A stretch of 64,000 bases of DNA from Azolla caroliniana. Its lineage: Eukaryota; Plantae; Polypodiophyta. The translations under genes were made by a program, and so were the position numbers. Shown piece after piece: positions 12,052 to 26,534 of this stretch; positions within the stretch are counted from its first letter, which is position 1; each line of letters starts with the position of its first letter. The DNA lies in contig JBHGNT010000008.1 of the NCBI GenBank assembly GCA_043228905.1, forward strand, positions 3,906,001 to 3,970,000, in the 5' to 3' direction. The notes under the pieces were generated by a model that searched no databases, was not told the origin of the DNA, and saw nothing but the letters and a program-made list of their open reading frames with translations.

Positions 12052-15000
12052 GGAGCCCCACACCAGACCGGAGACTCCGGTAGTTCGGCCAACGTGGCAA
12101 CGTGAGACCGTGATAGAAGGCTGGCGGCGACGGGAAACGGGACCCGACTACGTGGAAGACACGAGGAGAGTCTGGGAGGGACTCAAACAAAAGACACCCG
12201 AATTTCGGCAAGCAACGAAACGAAGATCGGTCCTTTGGGATCTTCACACCAATTCGGAGACTCCGGCTGTTCGGCCAACGTGGCAACGTAAGACTGAGAG
12301 AGAAGGATGGTGGCGGCAAGGAACGAGACCTGACATCGACAATAGCCAACAAGACGGAAGTTGTCTAAGTGCAAAACCCCTACCGGCCGGTTACGGTTTC
12401 TGAAGGAGCCGGTAAGGGCAAGTATGGGCGGTGTGCCAAGCCGGGAGGGGCACACCCAGAGTTGAAGAAGAATCCTGCAAGTGGCCATCGAGGGCCAAAT
12501 CGGAGCACGACTAAAGGATGGCACGCACGCGATGGTGCCGGGAACACTGAAAGGGGTGCGCGATGAACTGCACGGGTCAGAGACCGGGAAAGATATACAT
12601 GCTGGAGAAGGATCCTCCACGCCCGCTTCGAAGATCTCGGCGGCTTAGTCAGAGTGGCAACAACTAGCGTGGCAAGCCGAGCCCGAGATAACGAGCTGAT
12701 GGGGGCGAGGGGACGACGACGAGCGGAAGGCTTCAACCCAGTGACAATGGCGCAAGACGAAAGAGGGCCGAGTAGGCTACTACGAGTATTCCTCGGACGC
12801 AGAGGACACCCACAAGCGAAAGGGAAGCGGTGGTGCCGAGACTTTGCACGCACCGATTCTGGAGACTCCAGCATCCGGCCCGAGAGCCCGTGTGAGACCA
12901 AGAGTGACAGACGGTAGCGGCGGCAAAGACGGCAACCAAGACAACACGACGACAGACTGAGGCCAAGCGGGCTGTTACAGGCGCTCCTTGAGTGGAGGGC
13001 CCCGGGCTTACAACAGTTAGCGGAGCGTGCATTTGGCCAAGTGAAGGGCTAGCAGCGAAGCACGCGTACTACGGGACCGCGGCGGACGACCTGTCGACGG
13101 GTCGAACGAGCCTACGAGGACGCAAGCGCGAGGAAGAACCGAAGCCGATGGTTCAAACCCGGCAACGATCGATGCGGCAAGCCGGGATGCGGACGCGAAA
13201 GACCGGTTTCTCACCGGCCGAAATCCTTCTCCCTTCTCCAGAATTGGCACCTACCGGTGGACGTGCGGTTTGGTGGGGGCGGATGTCGTGAAGTTTCCGG
13301 CACATAGTGAGAAACCGGGAGATATTGGAGGGATCGGCGAGGTGCAACGTGTGCACCCATCCTTGTAAATTTGTATAAGGAATAGGGGCGCCTTTATGGC
13401 GCCGAACGACAACAATTACGGGACAGAGAATCCCATGTATCGTGGGTTTACCTCACATTCCACTCGACCCTCACCTTGTTCTATAAAAGGGAGGGTGCGC
13501 CCTTTGTATAGGGATTCCCAGTTTTTCTCTTGGGTTCCAATTTTGCGCTTTCTCCATTCAGGCTGTCTTGATTTGTATGCTTTAGGGTTCACAGAGTTCC
13601 CCTCTGCGGGTTCCATTGTTGTTCCTATGTAATATAACACAACAGTTTCTGTTCTACTTTTGTGTCTTCTTCCTTTCGTCTTGTTCTCTTTTCTCTATTT
13701 CTGTTAGGGTTTCTGTGTGTCCTTTTTGAAGGTTTTCCGTTCTGTTGAAGATGCGAGTTCGTCCGTGTCAGTGTGTGCGTGTGCGGGTGTTAAGGTGTCT
13801 TCGCTATCGTTCGTGGTGAACTGCGTACTCGGTTGTTTGGTAGCAGGCTCCCTCTTCTCTGGCGTGCAAGACCCATAGGAAACGGCGAGCTAAACACTCC
13901 TGGTAGGCAGTTCGACAACAAGAGGTGGTCGTTCAAGAAAAGGGCGTGCCCTACACGAGGATCCCGTCGTGCGTCTGACCCCGGGTGCTCCCCGACTGGT
14001 CTCGGGATGTAGGTGTTGGGAGACAGGTTCCTCCGGATGGGAAGGGTGAAGAACAGTGCTGATAAGCAAACTCGGCCGAGGCCGAAACCGGATGAGGAGT
14101 ACCCGGCTACGGAGAGCCGGATGGTGCAGACCTGGTGAGAACTGAATGAGGAGTACCCGGCTACAGAGAGCCGGATGGTGCAGACCCGGCTATGGAGAGC
14201 TGGATGGTGCAGACCCGGCTACGGAGAGCCGGATGGTGCAGACCCAGCTACGGAGAGCCGGATGGTGCAGACCCGGTGAAGAACCGGATGAGGAGTACCT
14301 GGCAAGATCCGGATGATGCAGGCCCGGTGAGGAGTGCTCTCTGGATGAAGAGATATATTTGTAAATATGTTTCTGAGAGTCCATCGTGGCTATATTTATA
14401 AATAGCTGAAAAGTCATATTAGTATAAATATGACTTAGGGCAAACTTTTTGATGGATTGTTGTTGTTGTTATTCTTGTTGGTGCAAGAATAGAGTGAGTG
14501 CGTAACAGTGTACAGAGAGAGAGAGAGAGAGAGAGCAAGAGGTCGTTGCCTCTGTTGTAACCGCCGCCTGTGGCGAGGATCGTGAGCACGAGGTCGTTGC
14601 CTCCGTGAACTCACTGTTGTACATTCTAGCATAGTGATAGTTTGCAGCCTGTGGGCTGCCGTGGTTTTTCCCTCCTTGGGTTTTCCACGTAAAAATCCCG
14701 TGTACTCTTCTCCTCTTTGTGTCGTGCTTTCATACCCCGTTTTCTATGTATGAATCTAAGCTTGGTTGTGGCCGAGCGTTGCTTATAGGGGAGCATTTAG
14801 TTCCTGTCAGTAGGCTCCCTCTTTCCCTCTCTATGCGGAACCGACGTTGTGTGTGTGTGAGGCTGAGTTCTAACCGGTGCCGAAGAGCCAGTCAAAACCG
14901 GGTGTATATGTGTGCGTGCGTGCACATGAGCATGGTTAACCGGGTCGTGACCCGTGCTTGTTTTGGGCCCTTGTACATACGAACCAAGGGGCGGTCAAGA

Positions 15001-15167
15001 TGAGCGTGCGTCATCTCACTCCGCGGACGGTTATCGGTCACAACCGAGAAGAAATCAGCAGTGCGGCAAGATCCTAAGGAGTCGAGCCTCCGACAACCTC
15101 CTCTCTCCTGGTCCATGACCCCAGTGGTCCCGCTTGGATTCGACATGCAAGCGCGGAATCCCGCGAC
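12052..15167 (+). mobile_element. Element B: 3' part of a non-autonomous gypsy-type element (N-like)
   Basis: 12052-13283 resembles the reverse complement of about 39896-41290. G-rich PPT, then 3' LTR TGTCGTGAAG (13284)...CGCGACA (15167), interrupted by a solo LTR. Right flank ACGG resumes the pol of C. Confidence 0.8.
14014..14809 (+). mobile_element. Solo LTR, copia-like, 796 bp
   Basis: TGTTGGG...CTGTCA flanked by 5-bp TSD GTAGG (14009-14013 and 14810-14814). GTGGTTTTTCCC...GGGTTTTCCACGTAAA motif; 30-bp tandem units at about 14100-14330. Confidence 0.85.
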
Positions 15168-16760
15168 AACGGATTGTTTGCCGATTCTTGGTATCATAGC
15201 TAATTGTGATATTCCAGATCAAGCTATGTTAAGATGGTGCATCTATATTAGATCAATCAACCTTGAAGTTCGAAATATCTCTGGGAATAGAAATGCAGTA
15301 GCAGATATGTTATCAAGAACAAGGTATGAGGAAGAGGAGATTCCAGACACAGACGATGAGGACAAAGAACAAACAGTCCTTACCACAAGCATTACCCGGG
15401 AAGGAGGAATGCAGTTTCTAGAAGAAGATTATGAAGAAGAATTCAAGGAAATAGGGAAATACCTACAAACCCCTGACAAGTACAAAGGTCAATCTGGAAA
15501 AGAGTTCGCACAATTTCACAAGAAAGCCCATAAGTTCTTCCTGCATGAAGGATATCTATGGCAACATCCAAAATCGAAGACTGGAAACCCGCAAAGAGTA
15601 ATAGGTTCTAAAGAGCAAAGAAAGGAGATAATGAGAGAGTTGCATGATAAAGAATGGGCTGGTCATTGAGGAGTGTGGGCCACTTTCATTAAGATTAAAG
15701 AACGGTTTTGGTGGCCTCGATACTATGAGGAAATAAAAAAGTATGTGGAAACTTGTCCCACTTGTCAATATTATTCAAATGTAAATTTTTTTGATGAGTT
15801 ACACCCAACATACTCACTGGGGGCGCATTACAAGTGGATGATTGATTTGATAACAATGCCACTTGGAGTAGGACAAAAGAGATACTTGGTTCTTGCAAGA
15901 GAAGATCAAACAAATCAAGTGGAAGGACGTGCACTACGAACAAAAGGGACATTAGGAGTATGTCAATTAATCTTGGAGGACATTGTTTGTAGATATGGAT
16001 GTATCGGGAAGAGATAGTGGCAGATAGGGGAGAACTCAATTCTACGGAAGCTCAAGATTTTTTCAACAAAGTAGGAATTCAGCTTTCTTTGACAACGGCG
16101 TATAATCCGGAAGTTAATGGAAAGATAGAAAGGGGCCATGGGCCAATAGTCAAAGCTTTAGCAAAGGCATGTAAAGGACGGGTCAGTGATTGGCCAAAAA
16201 TCTTACCCTATGCATTGTGGGCTGATAGGACAACTCACAACACTGTTACTGGATATATGCCTGCAGAATTAATCAAGCCGATAATGCCAATTGAAGAAAA
16301 GATAACTACATGGGTTGTGTTGCCTTGGGAATTAGAAATGAGTAGGGAAGATTTACTTGCGATTTGGATACGACAACTTCAATCAAGGACAAAAGACATA
16401 GAAAAAGCAACTACTAGATTGAAAGCGGCAAGAATCAAGAATAAGGACAAATTTGACAAGATAAAAAGAATATGACCAAGAAACGTGGGTATTAGTATAT
16501 GATAGCAGCCTAGATAATCAATACAGTACTATTCGGAAGTACGCAAAAAGATGGTTTGGACCTTATGAAGTTAGGAAAATAACAAATAAGGCCACATATT
16601 TCCTCAATGAATTAGATGGGACAGAAATTCGTATCCCAATTGCAGGAAAAGGGATTAAAATATTTAAAAGGAGGGAGTCACTAGAGCCCGAATTTTATGA
16701 AGAAGTAGAAGAGCTAAAAGAATTGGAAGAAGTTTTGGATGAACTCTGCATAACCAATGT
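15168..16760 (+). pseudogene. RNase H-integrase remnant of C
   Basis: ORF pieces 15061-15669, 15673-16017 and 15999-16475, separated by stops and frameshifts. Confidence 0.85.
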
Positions 16761-17735
16761 GCAAGTTTAGAGAGGGTAGGTGTCGTGAAGAATGTGCTTC
16801 ATGATATAAAAATGAACTTAAATATTGTATTTAGTAAATATATTTGAGAAACTTGAACCCACACCCTTATATATGAAGTACAATGTACATGCCACTAACC
16901 TAGGCTATTTATTTTTAGAAGAATTGTAAAGAATGGACTTCATGATATAAGAATGCAACTAAATATTGCATTGAGTAAAATCTAGAGACTTAATCCCTCA
17001 ACCTTGTATACCAAGCACAAGGTATACACCACTTAGGTAGGTTAGTTATTTTAGAATGTATTTCCATTATTATACTTATCCCATGTCTATTTTCATACAT
17101 GGAAGCTCAAATGAACGAGATGTCTATCATGCATCACATGCATTATATGCATGGGGGCACCTATAAAAAGAGGGGAATCAAGTGAGGGAAGGGAATCAAC
17201 AGAAAGTTAGAGAATAATATAATCAAACAAACAAGTTAGCTTATTTGTGTTACTGGCCGACAAAGGAGTCTAGAGTGTGAAACAGGGAGTTATTTAAGTA
17301 GTAGGAATGTGGTTGTAATTAAGCTATGAGTGTGGACGGACGGACCAGAATCGGTATGCCGTTCCAGATCCGGACCGATCCCGAACAAGTGCGGATGGCA
17401 CCGTTTTGTAATACAGACCGGAAACCTATTTAAAGGCCCGGATACAATGTAATGAATAACGGTTAATTAATAAAGCTTAGTGTTGTTATCTCTCTGTGTT
17501 AATTGCCGTTCTGCCTTCATTGTTATATCTTACGCATGTGATTATTAAAGACGATCAGGCTAAGTAACCTAATTAAGTCGGATTAAGTGTTGAGTCTAAT
17601 CCTGTTGCTGTAACACCCCTTTGGTGAAGTGTCTTCCGTAGACACCCTGTGTTAGGCCATTGTCCGCTCCTAAGAGTTAACACAGTTTTTGGCGACCACA
17701 ATTCCTGTTTTTGCAGCGAACGACGGCACAGATGG

Positions 17736-20700
17736 ATGTCTAGATCAACGCACGACCTGGTTACAAATCAAACTCGACGCCTTGCCGAAAGGCAAAGGAG
17801 ACGTGAGGCTTTCCAGCAAGCGGCGCAGGAAATTAGAGCGGATCGCTCGTTTTCCAACGTAATCCGGAGAGTAGCGGAGGACTCCCTCTGGTTACAGCAA
17901 ACATCGCACCCGGACGACGGAAGCAGCCTAAGCAGCCTCCGGGAAACCGAATCCCTTCTCCACGTGTTGGCAAACGGAGAAGGCGAAGCAGAAGCCTTTT
18001 CAGCATATGAATCGGACTCCGAAGGGGAATACAGCGTTCACACGAACTACCGTAGCAGCAACAAAACCCTGGGCGGACCGGAGGACGAAGGATCGGATAC
18101 CTTACAGACACCGGAACCGGAAGTGCTAACGCCGGAGAGGAAGAGCGACCTCCGACACCGGAAGTCGAAGAGGAGAGGCCTCCGTCACCAAAAGAAGAGG
18201 AAAGACCACTGACACTGGAGAAAATCCCGGAACGAGCACCAACACTGCCAGCCCGAGCACCGATACCGGACGACGACATGTCGTTCCAGTACTCCAAGTA
18301 TAGAGATGATCCGGACGCGGAAGCTCACGTGCACGCCTTTGAGCAGACCTGGGAAGCCAACCATGTGTCCCAGCGATTGACCCCGGATGAAGAGGAACGC
18401 TCTAAGATAGCGGAATTTGGCGTCACATTGGAGGGACCAGCAGCAAGATGGCGCCGGACACAGGACCCGTCTACCATCAACACCTTTGCATATTTAAAAG
18501 CTAAATTCTTGCATTTTTTCCAAAAGGAGGTGGACCAGACCGTAATGGTAGGCTTATTTTATACCATCCGACAGGAGGCAGGGGAGAGCATTACCCAATT
18601 TGTCATCCGGTTTCAATGGATGCATAGTCAGCTTGCCCGCGCACCCTCGGAGGAGGAATTAAGGACTATATGCCTAAACGCGCTCCGGGAACCCCTACGC
18701 ACGGTTTGCACGGTAATTGACTTCCGCACAAGTACCATCGACCAGGTCATTGACCGGGTGAGAGAGATGGAAAAGACAAGCTCCTGGCTCACACTGGGAG
18801 CACTCCAACGGGCGTTACCATCCGATGAAGACCTCCGGTTTCGGCAAGCAATACAGTGCACAACCTGCTTGAATTCCGGACACTCGGCTCTAGAATGCAC
18901 TATGAGGACGCAATGTGTAATCTGTCAATCCAAGGGCCATACGACAGATAGGTGTGAGTATAATCTATTGAACCGGCAAGCACCGCCCGTTCGACAAATT
19001 GAGCCACGCAACAGCCAGGATGAAGAAGAGGAACGCTGGCGGCGAATGGACCGAGACCGACTGGCACATGATGTCCGGTATGGCGATCCACGGGAGAATG
19101 ATGTCTGGTACGGTGATCGGCGGGATAACTATGACCGGCATGATCGGTACCGGGATTACAATAGACGATACAAACATTACGACCGGGAGCACTCCCCCGG
19201 GTATCGTCAGCAACGGGAGGAATACGACAGATATAACGACCAACCTCGTCAAGAGTACCACAATAAGAAGAGCTATAACAAAAAATGGCATTTCAAAAAA
19301 GGCGGCTACCCACGGGATCCGGAACAAGGAGCTCCAAGCAGCCAATCGGTCCAAAACCCCACGCGTACCGCAGGACCTGCCCCGGGTACAACAGACAATG
19401 CCGAATCCAGCAATACCCGGAAAGCCTACTGCTACTACTGCCGACAGGAAGGCCATTATAGTAATCAATTCCCGGTGAAGAGCTATGAAAAACGACCGGC
19501 GGTAAATATGGTAGTCCCTGAGGTGGCAGATCTGCAACAGGTGACCACAAGGTCGAAGGGCATGGCCAAGGAATGGGAGACGCAGGAGACCATCCGGAAA
19601 CAAGCAACGGAATGGGTGAAGAAAGCAAACGAGCAGAATGTCACAGACTTACAGCGGCAAAAGGAGAACACCGTAGGGCTTGCTGGCGGTAGTCACTCCG
19701 AGAACGAGACATGGCAGGCGTTGCAAGAATACCAGATTACGTTGCCACTAGGAAGACTCCTACAACTCGTGCCGAGATTCACGGAAGGACTGAAGACGGC
19801 CATGACGGCAGGAGAACCATCACCGGCACCGGTACTCTTCTCGAATCCGGAGGAGGGACCAACGGTGGTGGACACCAGCAGTCCGGTAATCACTGCCATT
19901 GTAAAAGGGAAAGAACTCCCCGGCACAATTATAGACGGAGGCTCTGGGGTGAATGTAATAAGCCTTCGGACGTGTGATGCCCTAGGAATCCATGAGTGGG
20001 AGCCGTGTCCGTTCTGGTTGCGGATGGCCGATACAAGCTCAGTGCGGCCGACAGGATTAATACGGAAATTAGAAGTCACGGTGGGCGGTCATACATTTCA
20101 CATTTCGGCAGTAGTGCTACAATTACAGGCACAAGGTGCATACCCGCTATTACTAGGGCGGCCATGGTTGAAAACGACACATATCAAACAGAATTGGAGG
20201 AAAAATATAATTACCTTCCGGCGAGGACAAGCCAAGGTATGGGTACCAACACAGCCAAGGACGAGCACTGGCAAGGAATGTACACCGTTGTATGCGGAAT
20301 GCATCAACATGCTAGAAGGGTTAGCTGACGAAGAAGAAGCTCAGTACTTGCAGGAAAACCCGAAGATCATACCCCTCTTCGAAATTGACATTGCCGAAGT
20401 AGTAGCACCATACTTACCGAACCGGAAGAGGCTGAAGCAGAACCGGATAAAGACGCAATCCGCGCAGGAAGCGTTGGAACGGGAAATGGTTGTTTCACAG
20501 CGCATAAAAGCGTCGCAACTGGAAGAGGTTAACCTAGGGACCACGGACGAAGCAAAACCGGTGCACATTGCCAAGGAGATGAAGTCCGAAGACAAAACGA
20601 CGATGATCACACTTCTCACGGAATTTCGTGATGTGTTCGCCTGGTCATACGAAGACATGCGAGGACTCGACCCTCAGTTATAAAAGCATCAGGTTCACTT

Positions 20701-23461
20701 GAGAAAGGACGCAAAACCAGTGGCACAAAGACGGTACCGGATGAATCCCAATTATGCCGCCAAAGTCAAGTAGGAAATCGACAAACTGCTAAGAGTTGGA
20801 TTTATCCGTCCGTTAAAGAAAGCGACATGGTTGAGCCCGATCGTAGTCGTACCGAAGAAGAATGGAAAAATTCGAGTTTGTGTGGACTACCGGAAACTCA
20901 ATGCAGCTACGGTAACGGATGCGTTTCCACTTCCGTTCACAGATGGAGTGTTGGATGCCGTCGCCGGCCATGAGGTCTATAGCTTCCTAGACGGATTCAG
21001 CGGGTATAATCAAATCCGGATGCACCCCGATGACCAAGAGAAAACGACTTTCGTCACCGAATGGGGGGTGTTTGTGGCCGTGGTGATGATGTTCGGACTC
21101 AAAATGGCACCGGCAACATTTCAACGAATCATCATGGAAATCTTTGGTGAATATATTCCAGCTTTTATGCAGGTTTTCCTTGACGATTTCGCCGTCTATA
21201 GCCGAGAGGAGGACCATTTCCAGCACCTCCGTCTTTGTCTAGAAAAGTGTAGAGCATACCGGCTAAGCTTGAATACGGCAAAGTGTGTATTTGGGGTGTC
21301 CAGTGGAACTCTATTAGGACATATTGTGAGCCAGGAAGGTATTGCAGTCGACCCGGATAAAGTGAAAGCCATATTAGAAGCATCGGCGCCGGCAACGGCA
21401 AAGGCATTAAGCCGGTTCTTAGGCCAGATCCGGTGGCACAACTGGATGCTTCAATACTTGGCCGACCTGGCTACACCGTTGCATGCCGCCGTACATCGGA
21501 CACCATTCCAGTGGACCGACACCGAGGATAGGGCGTCTAGGGCCCTCAAGGTACTATTGTCGCAAGCACCGGTAGTGCAGCCTCCGGATTGGAGTAAAGA
21601 ATTTCACGTGTTCGTGGACGCCTCTGACATCACAATCTGAAGCGTACTGATGCATCTTACGGAGCCAAAGTGGTACCGGCCAGTGTACTATGCCAGCCGA
21701 AAGCTATCCCAAGCAGAACGGAACTACTCTACCACGGAACGGGAATCTCTAGGGATGATCTACAGTGTGACAAAGTTTCAGCATTATTTATTGGGAAGGA
21801 AGTTTTCCTTCCATGTAGATCATTCGACACTCCTTTACCTGGTGTCCAAAGCGTCACTCACCGGCAAATTGGCCCGGTGGACCTTACTATTATAGGAATT
21901 CGAGTTTGAAATATTCCACCGACCCGGTATACAGCATGCCGTGGCGGATTACTTAAGACGATTAGAGTCCGGAGAGACGGGTGACAGAGTAGCGGATGAG
22001 TTTTCGGATGCGGAGCTGTTTCGAGTCACTACGGAAACGGCAGCAGATGAGACGGTGGCACAAGAAGACAAGTGGCTCACAAACATGCACCAGTTTCTGA
22101 GCACAGGACTGCCTCCGGAAGAGATGAACCAGGACGAACGGAAACGCCTGGCGGTGCAAAGCCGACATTTCGGCTTACTACAAGACACACTTTACCACAA
22201 GGGCGCGGACGGCATATGGAGACGGGCTGTGCGCAATGATGAAAAGGACCTGATACTGAGGGAAGCCCATTGCGGAGTTGCCGGAGGTCACTATGACGGA
22301 GATGCGACGGCCAGGAAAATATGGCAAAGTGGCCTATGGTGGCCAACGACATTAAGAGATGCGGTACGGTACACAAAAGAATGTGACCTATGCCAGAGAA
22401 TGGGCCAGCCAACGGAGCAGGCTCGTATGCCACACCAGCCGGTACTACCACTCGAGCCATTCCAGAAGTGGGGGCTGGACTTTGTTGGACCATTCAAACC
22501 ACCGGCAATGAGAACGGGTAATCGGTACGTCATCGTTGCGACGGATTACTGCACGAAATGGGTGGAGGCCAAAGCATTAAGAGACAACACCGCTGCGTCA
22601 ACGGCGAAATTTCTATACGAGTACATCTGGTGCCGTTACGGATGCCCAATCGAATTAATAAGCGACCAAGGGGGGCACTTTCTCGGCCAAGTAGTGGAAA
22701 GCCTGACGACATTTTATGCCGTTGTCCACAAATAGAGCACACCTTACTATCTGCAAGCGAACGGTTTAGCGGAATCAACGAACAAGACGCTCCAGAATAT
22801 CCTCCGGAAGATCGTCAACAAAAACTGAACGGATTGGGATACCAAGCTACATAGCGCGCTTTGGGCATATCGGACGGCATACAAAACGAGCATCCGAACA
22901 ACACCGTTCCGGTTAGTGTTTGAACTAGAGGCGGTAATGCCGGTGGAATTCCAAGTACCCAGCTTACGGATCCAGCTACAGGAACAGCTGAACGAGAAGG
23001 AGTCGGAGGCAATACGGTTAACAGCGCTGTGTGAACTCGAGGAACAACGACTGGCAAGCATCCTGCACTTAGAATGGGAACAACAGCGACAGAAAGCATT
23101 TGTTGACCGGCACAGGAAAGGAAACGAAAAAATGTTCGCAATCGACAAACTGGCGTTAGTATTTCAGACCCAGATGGGCAAGATGCCGGGTAAACTACGG
23201 TTTAGATGGACCGGACCGTATTGGCTAACACGTGAGTATAATGGGTCCTACCAGTTAGGGACACTTGCCGGTGAAGTGCTAGGCAAATGGGTCAACGGAT
23301 TCCGATTGAAGCCATATAGAGGACCGATGCCTAAGAACCCATTTGAGCAAAGGACCGACACCAGTGAGGGAAACGGCAACCACCAAGTCGGCAGAGACGG
23401 CGAGCCAGTAACTGGGGAGAATGAGGCCGGTAAGGGTCCGAGAGGACCAACGGACAAGTAA
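17736..23461 (+). pseudogene. gag-pol of D with several premature stops
   Basis: CCHC-type knuckles (CTTCLNSGHSALEC, CVICQSKGHTTDRC), IDGGSG protease, LDGFSGY/VFLDD RT, VDASD RH, HCGVAGGH...CDLC, WGLDF...SDQG integrase, GPY motif. Confidence 0.9.
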
Positions 23462-23832
23462 CGTCACACTAGTAATCATGAAAAAAAAAAAAAAACCGAA
23501 GTAATCATGCAAAAGCGAGGAATGAATGGACGAAAGAGCGAGGAGCGGAAAGGTACGTAGTGGGCATTTAAAGCGCCACCATAGGACATAATGCTATTTT
23601 AGTACACGACGTGCACACACTCGAAAAAGGCGCCAGAATGCACAAAGAAAAACCACTGCGCGTGGAGACCCTTTACTTTCGTGAACCCAGGAGCACAGAA
23701 GCACCAAGGCGCTCCAAGATCATCAGACGAGAACCTACGCACAAAGAACCCCCGCTATCTGAACTCTCTCTCTCTCAATCTCACTCGCATCACCATCCAA
23801 CCTCGCCACCGCAATCCGACCTCGACACAGAC

Positions 23833-26534
23833 ATGGACCCACAAACGCTGTCGGAGGCCGCCAAGACTTGGCTAAAGCAACACGGGCTCGAGGGCTTCTT
23901 GATGATGATGGAAGTACCGCCACACAAAGAAGCCAACAAGGTGATCAAAGAAATCAACATAGAGGTCATAACGGCAGAGGCGATTCGAGCGTTAACAGGC
24001 CTTCCGGAGGGAGGCATACTCACGATTGACCATCCGACCCCTGAGCAATTCATCAGGTATTTTGGTGAGTACTCCCTAGCCAGCAAGGGCTACCAGACAC
24101 ATGGCGGCGGAGATATGTTGTTCCGCGAGATTGCTCGGGTGCTCCACGAATACGGCCATGTGTACCCTAAACCCCCTGTCATGCCGCAGAACCGGGCAGG
24201 GATGATCATCGCCACCTATGAAGGTATCAAGGTGGATTGGCCGGTATTGATCGCAGACGGGTTGTGTGTGGCGATCGAGATCATCAGAGGCAAAGACGAC
24301 AAAGAAGGCCGAGACGGACGGAGGATATGGCACGCCGTAACGCAGTGGCTCACCTTGCTTGTGCCACCCGTCCAGCTCGTCCAGCCCAAGAAGTGAGGAA
24401 GAGTGGCTGACGGCACCCCAAAGACGGCTTCCAAAAGACAACAGTTGTTGGCCTCTAAGGCCACTAAGGGGAAGGCGGCGGATGCAGAACAGGCGGGAAA
24501 GGAGAGTGGCAGCTGGAAGCGGCCAACAGATGCGCAGGAGGAACCACCGGCACGGCCTGTAAAGGTTACATTCCGCCGACCGGTGAATAGAGAAGCGGAC
24601 CCCTTGGCGGCAAAACTCAATACCGGGACTCAGGAAGAGGAAATAGAGGAGGAGCCTACGGAGCACCTCCAGCGACGGTCGTCGGCAAGGACCGTTAAGG
24701 CAGCCGGGAAACGTTCAAACCCTCAGACGGAGGGAACACCGGCTCCCCATACTGAGACTCCCACGCCAAGGAAGGAACCGGAACCGGTGCGGATGGCACC
24801 GGAATCAGAAGCCCCGGCACCACCGGCAATACCGGCAAGTCCCATCCCGCTAGAGCAGGAAAGGTCAATGCAGCCTCCCTCGGGCAACCAAGAAGAAGCG
24901 CAAGGGGAACCAGGACAACAGGGTGGTCCACGGGCGGAAACGGAATTGCAACTCGACGCAACCAAGCGGGACCACCCATCTACAAGTGAGCCCAGCTGTC
25001 AAACCTCCGTGCAAACACAACAATGCACCGGTAACCTGTGGCTCCGGTGGATAGGCGAACAGATAGCCGGAGCAGTGGGGTATATTGAGGCGGAAGAAAG
25101 AGCGCAAAGCGAACGGTTGCTCGTCACAACCGAACAACTAAAGACGGCCCGGTCCAGAATCCGGTGCCTTGAAAAAGACTTGGATCAGGTCACGACAGAG
25201 ATGGCCAAAATGGCCTTAACGGCAACACAGATCCAATCACCGGTGACTCCGGTAAGTGTACAGAATAAAGAAACGGATCGACCTGTACATACCAATAAGA
25301 CCCCGGCAACGGAAACCGTTCCGGCGAGAGATGCGGCGCAAGCCCAGGAGCTTGCGGAATTGAGAGATGAACTTGCCGCACAGGAAGCGCTAAGGAGCCG
25401 TGAACGGGAATTGAAGACAGCGGCCGAAGCCGAATTAAAGAAGACTGCTAAGGGAGGAAAAAGACATCGTGCTGCAGTAAAAGGACAAGCTACGGAAGAC
25501 GGCGGAAACGGAAATTGAACGGCTAAAGGAAGAGCTCCGCCAGCAGAAGGACCGCGAGGACCGGGCCCGTCGACAGATCAACGCACGGCTCAAGCAAAAG
25601 ACAGATGATTTTGAGCACCTGCACCGGGACTACAAACGGCTGGAAACGGAGCATAAAGAACGGATGGCCGAGCTCCAGCAGGAAGTTGATCGGGCCGCGA
25701 CGGCGATCGCCGACGAACGTGCGGAAAATACAAGACGCTTGGACGAGGCGGAGAAGGTCCGGATGGAGCTCCAAAGGCAGCAGCATGAAGAAAAGGAGAG
25801 AGCGTCAACGGTATTGCAGAAATTACAAAGCACATATCAACGTCAAAATCATCAAGCAACTGAAGGAGGAACGACAAGCGGCGGAAACCAAATCGCAATT
25901 GGGAACGAGCTGGATTTAGTCCATCCTTCGGGCATGGCTGAATTAGACAAAACACTTGATTGATGAAAGCTCCGTAAGATGGTGGACAAAGTGGGCACAA
26001 AACGCGGCGGAACTCCAATTGCTACGGGCAGACGTGGCAAACCGGCGGAAGGAAGGAGATGATTGTTATACGTTAACTTCCGAGGACTTCACCGCCATAC
26101 GGGACGAGCTGGCCGACGACTTCCAAGTCCTGGCGGATGAACAGGTGGCGCAGGTCCGGCGACTCGTAGCTCAGCTAGACGATGATAGGCTGGACGCTCA
26201 AATCCAGTTTGAAAGCTACGAGCGGTCCCGGGTTCGGGAAGAAAAAGCAAGGGCAGCGGCAACGGTTAACCTTAGTGATGAGGAACCGTCGCCGGCCGAG
26301 GGCCAGCCCGGAACCAGTCAACCGGAGACCACTACGACGGAGGGAGCAACGACGGAGACGCCGGTGTCAGAGCAACAAACGGAGGAGCAGCCGCAGTAGC
26401 CACCAACGAACCCGTCGCAACAGACATCAACAGAGCAGCAACAACAGCAGCAACCACAACAACAACAACCAATTCCAGATGAACCATTGGAGACTCTCGA
26501 ACAAAGCATTCTGGATATTTTGGACGAAGAATAG
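23833..26534 (+). pseudogene. Extra ORF of D, about 900 codons when reconstructed; N-terminal globular part, P/E-rich linker, coiled coil, Q-rich tail
   Basis: MDPQTL... start, in-frame stops at 24394 and 26397, frameshifts near 25445 and 25900. Lies between pol and the 3' LTR. Confidence 0.65.

Noticed and set aside
11948-13640. Many overlapping short ORFs (also 39760-41900 and antisense to D, J, K, L)
   Set aside because: Expected in GC-rich or antisense-to-coding sequence; no recognisable motifs.
23611-26534. Retroviral env gene
   Set aside because: No signal peptide or transmembrane segment evident; kept as an extra ORF of unknown function.
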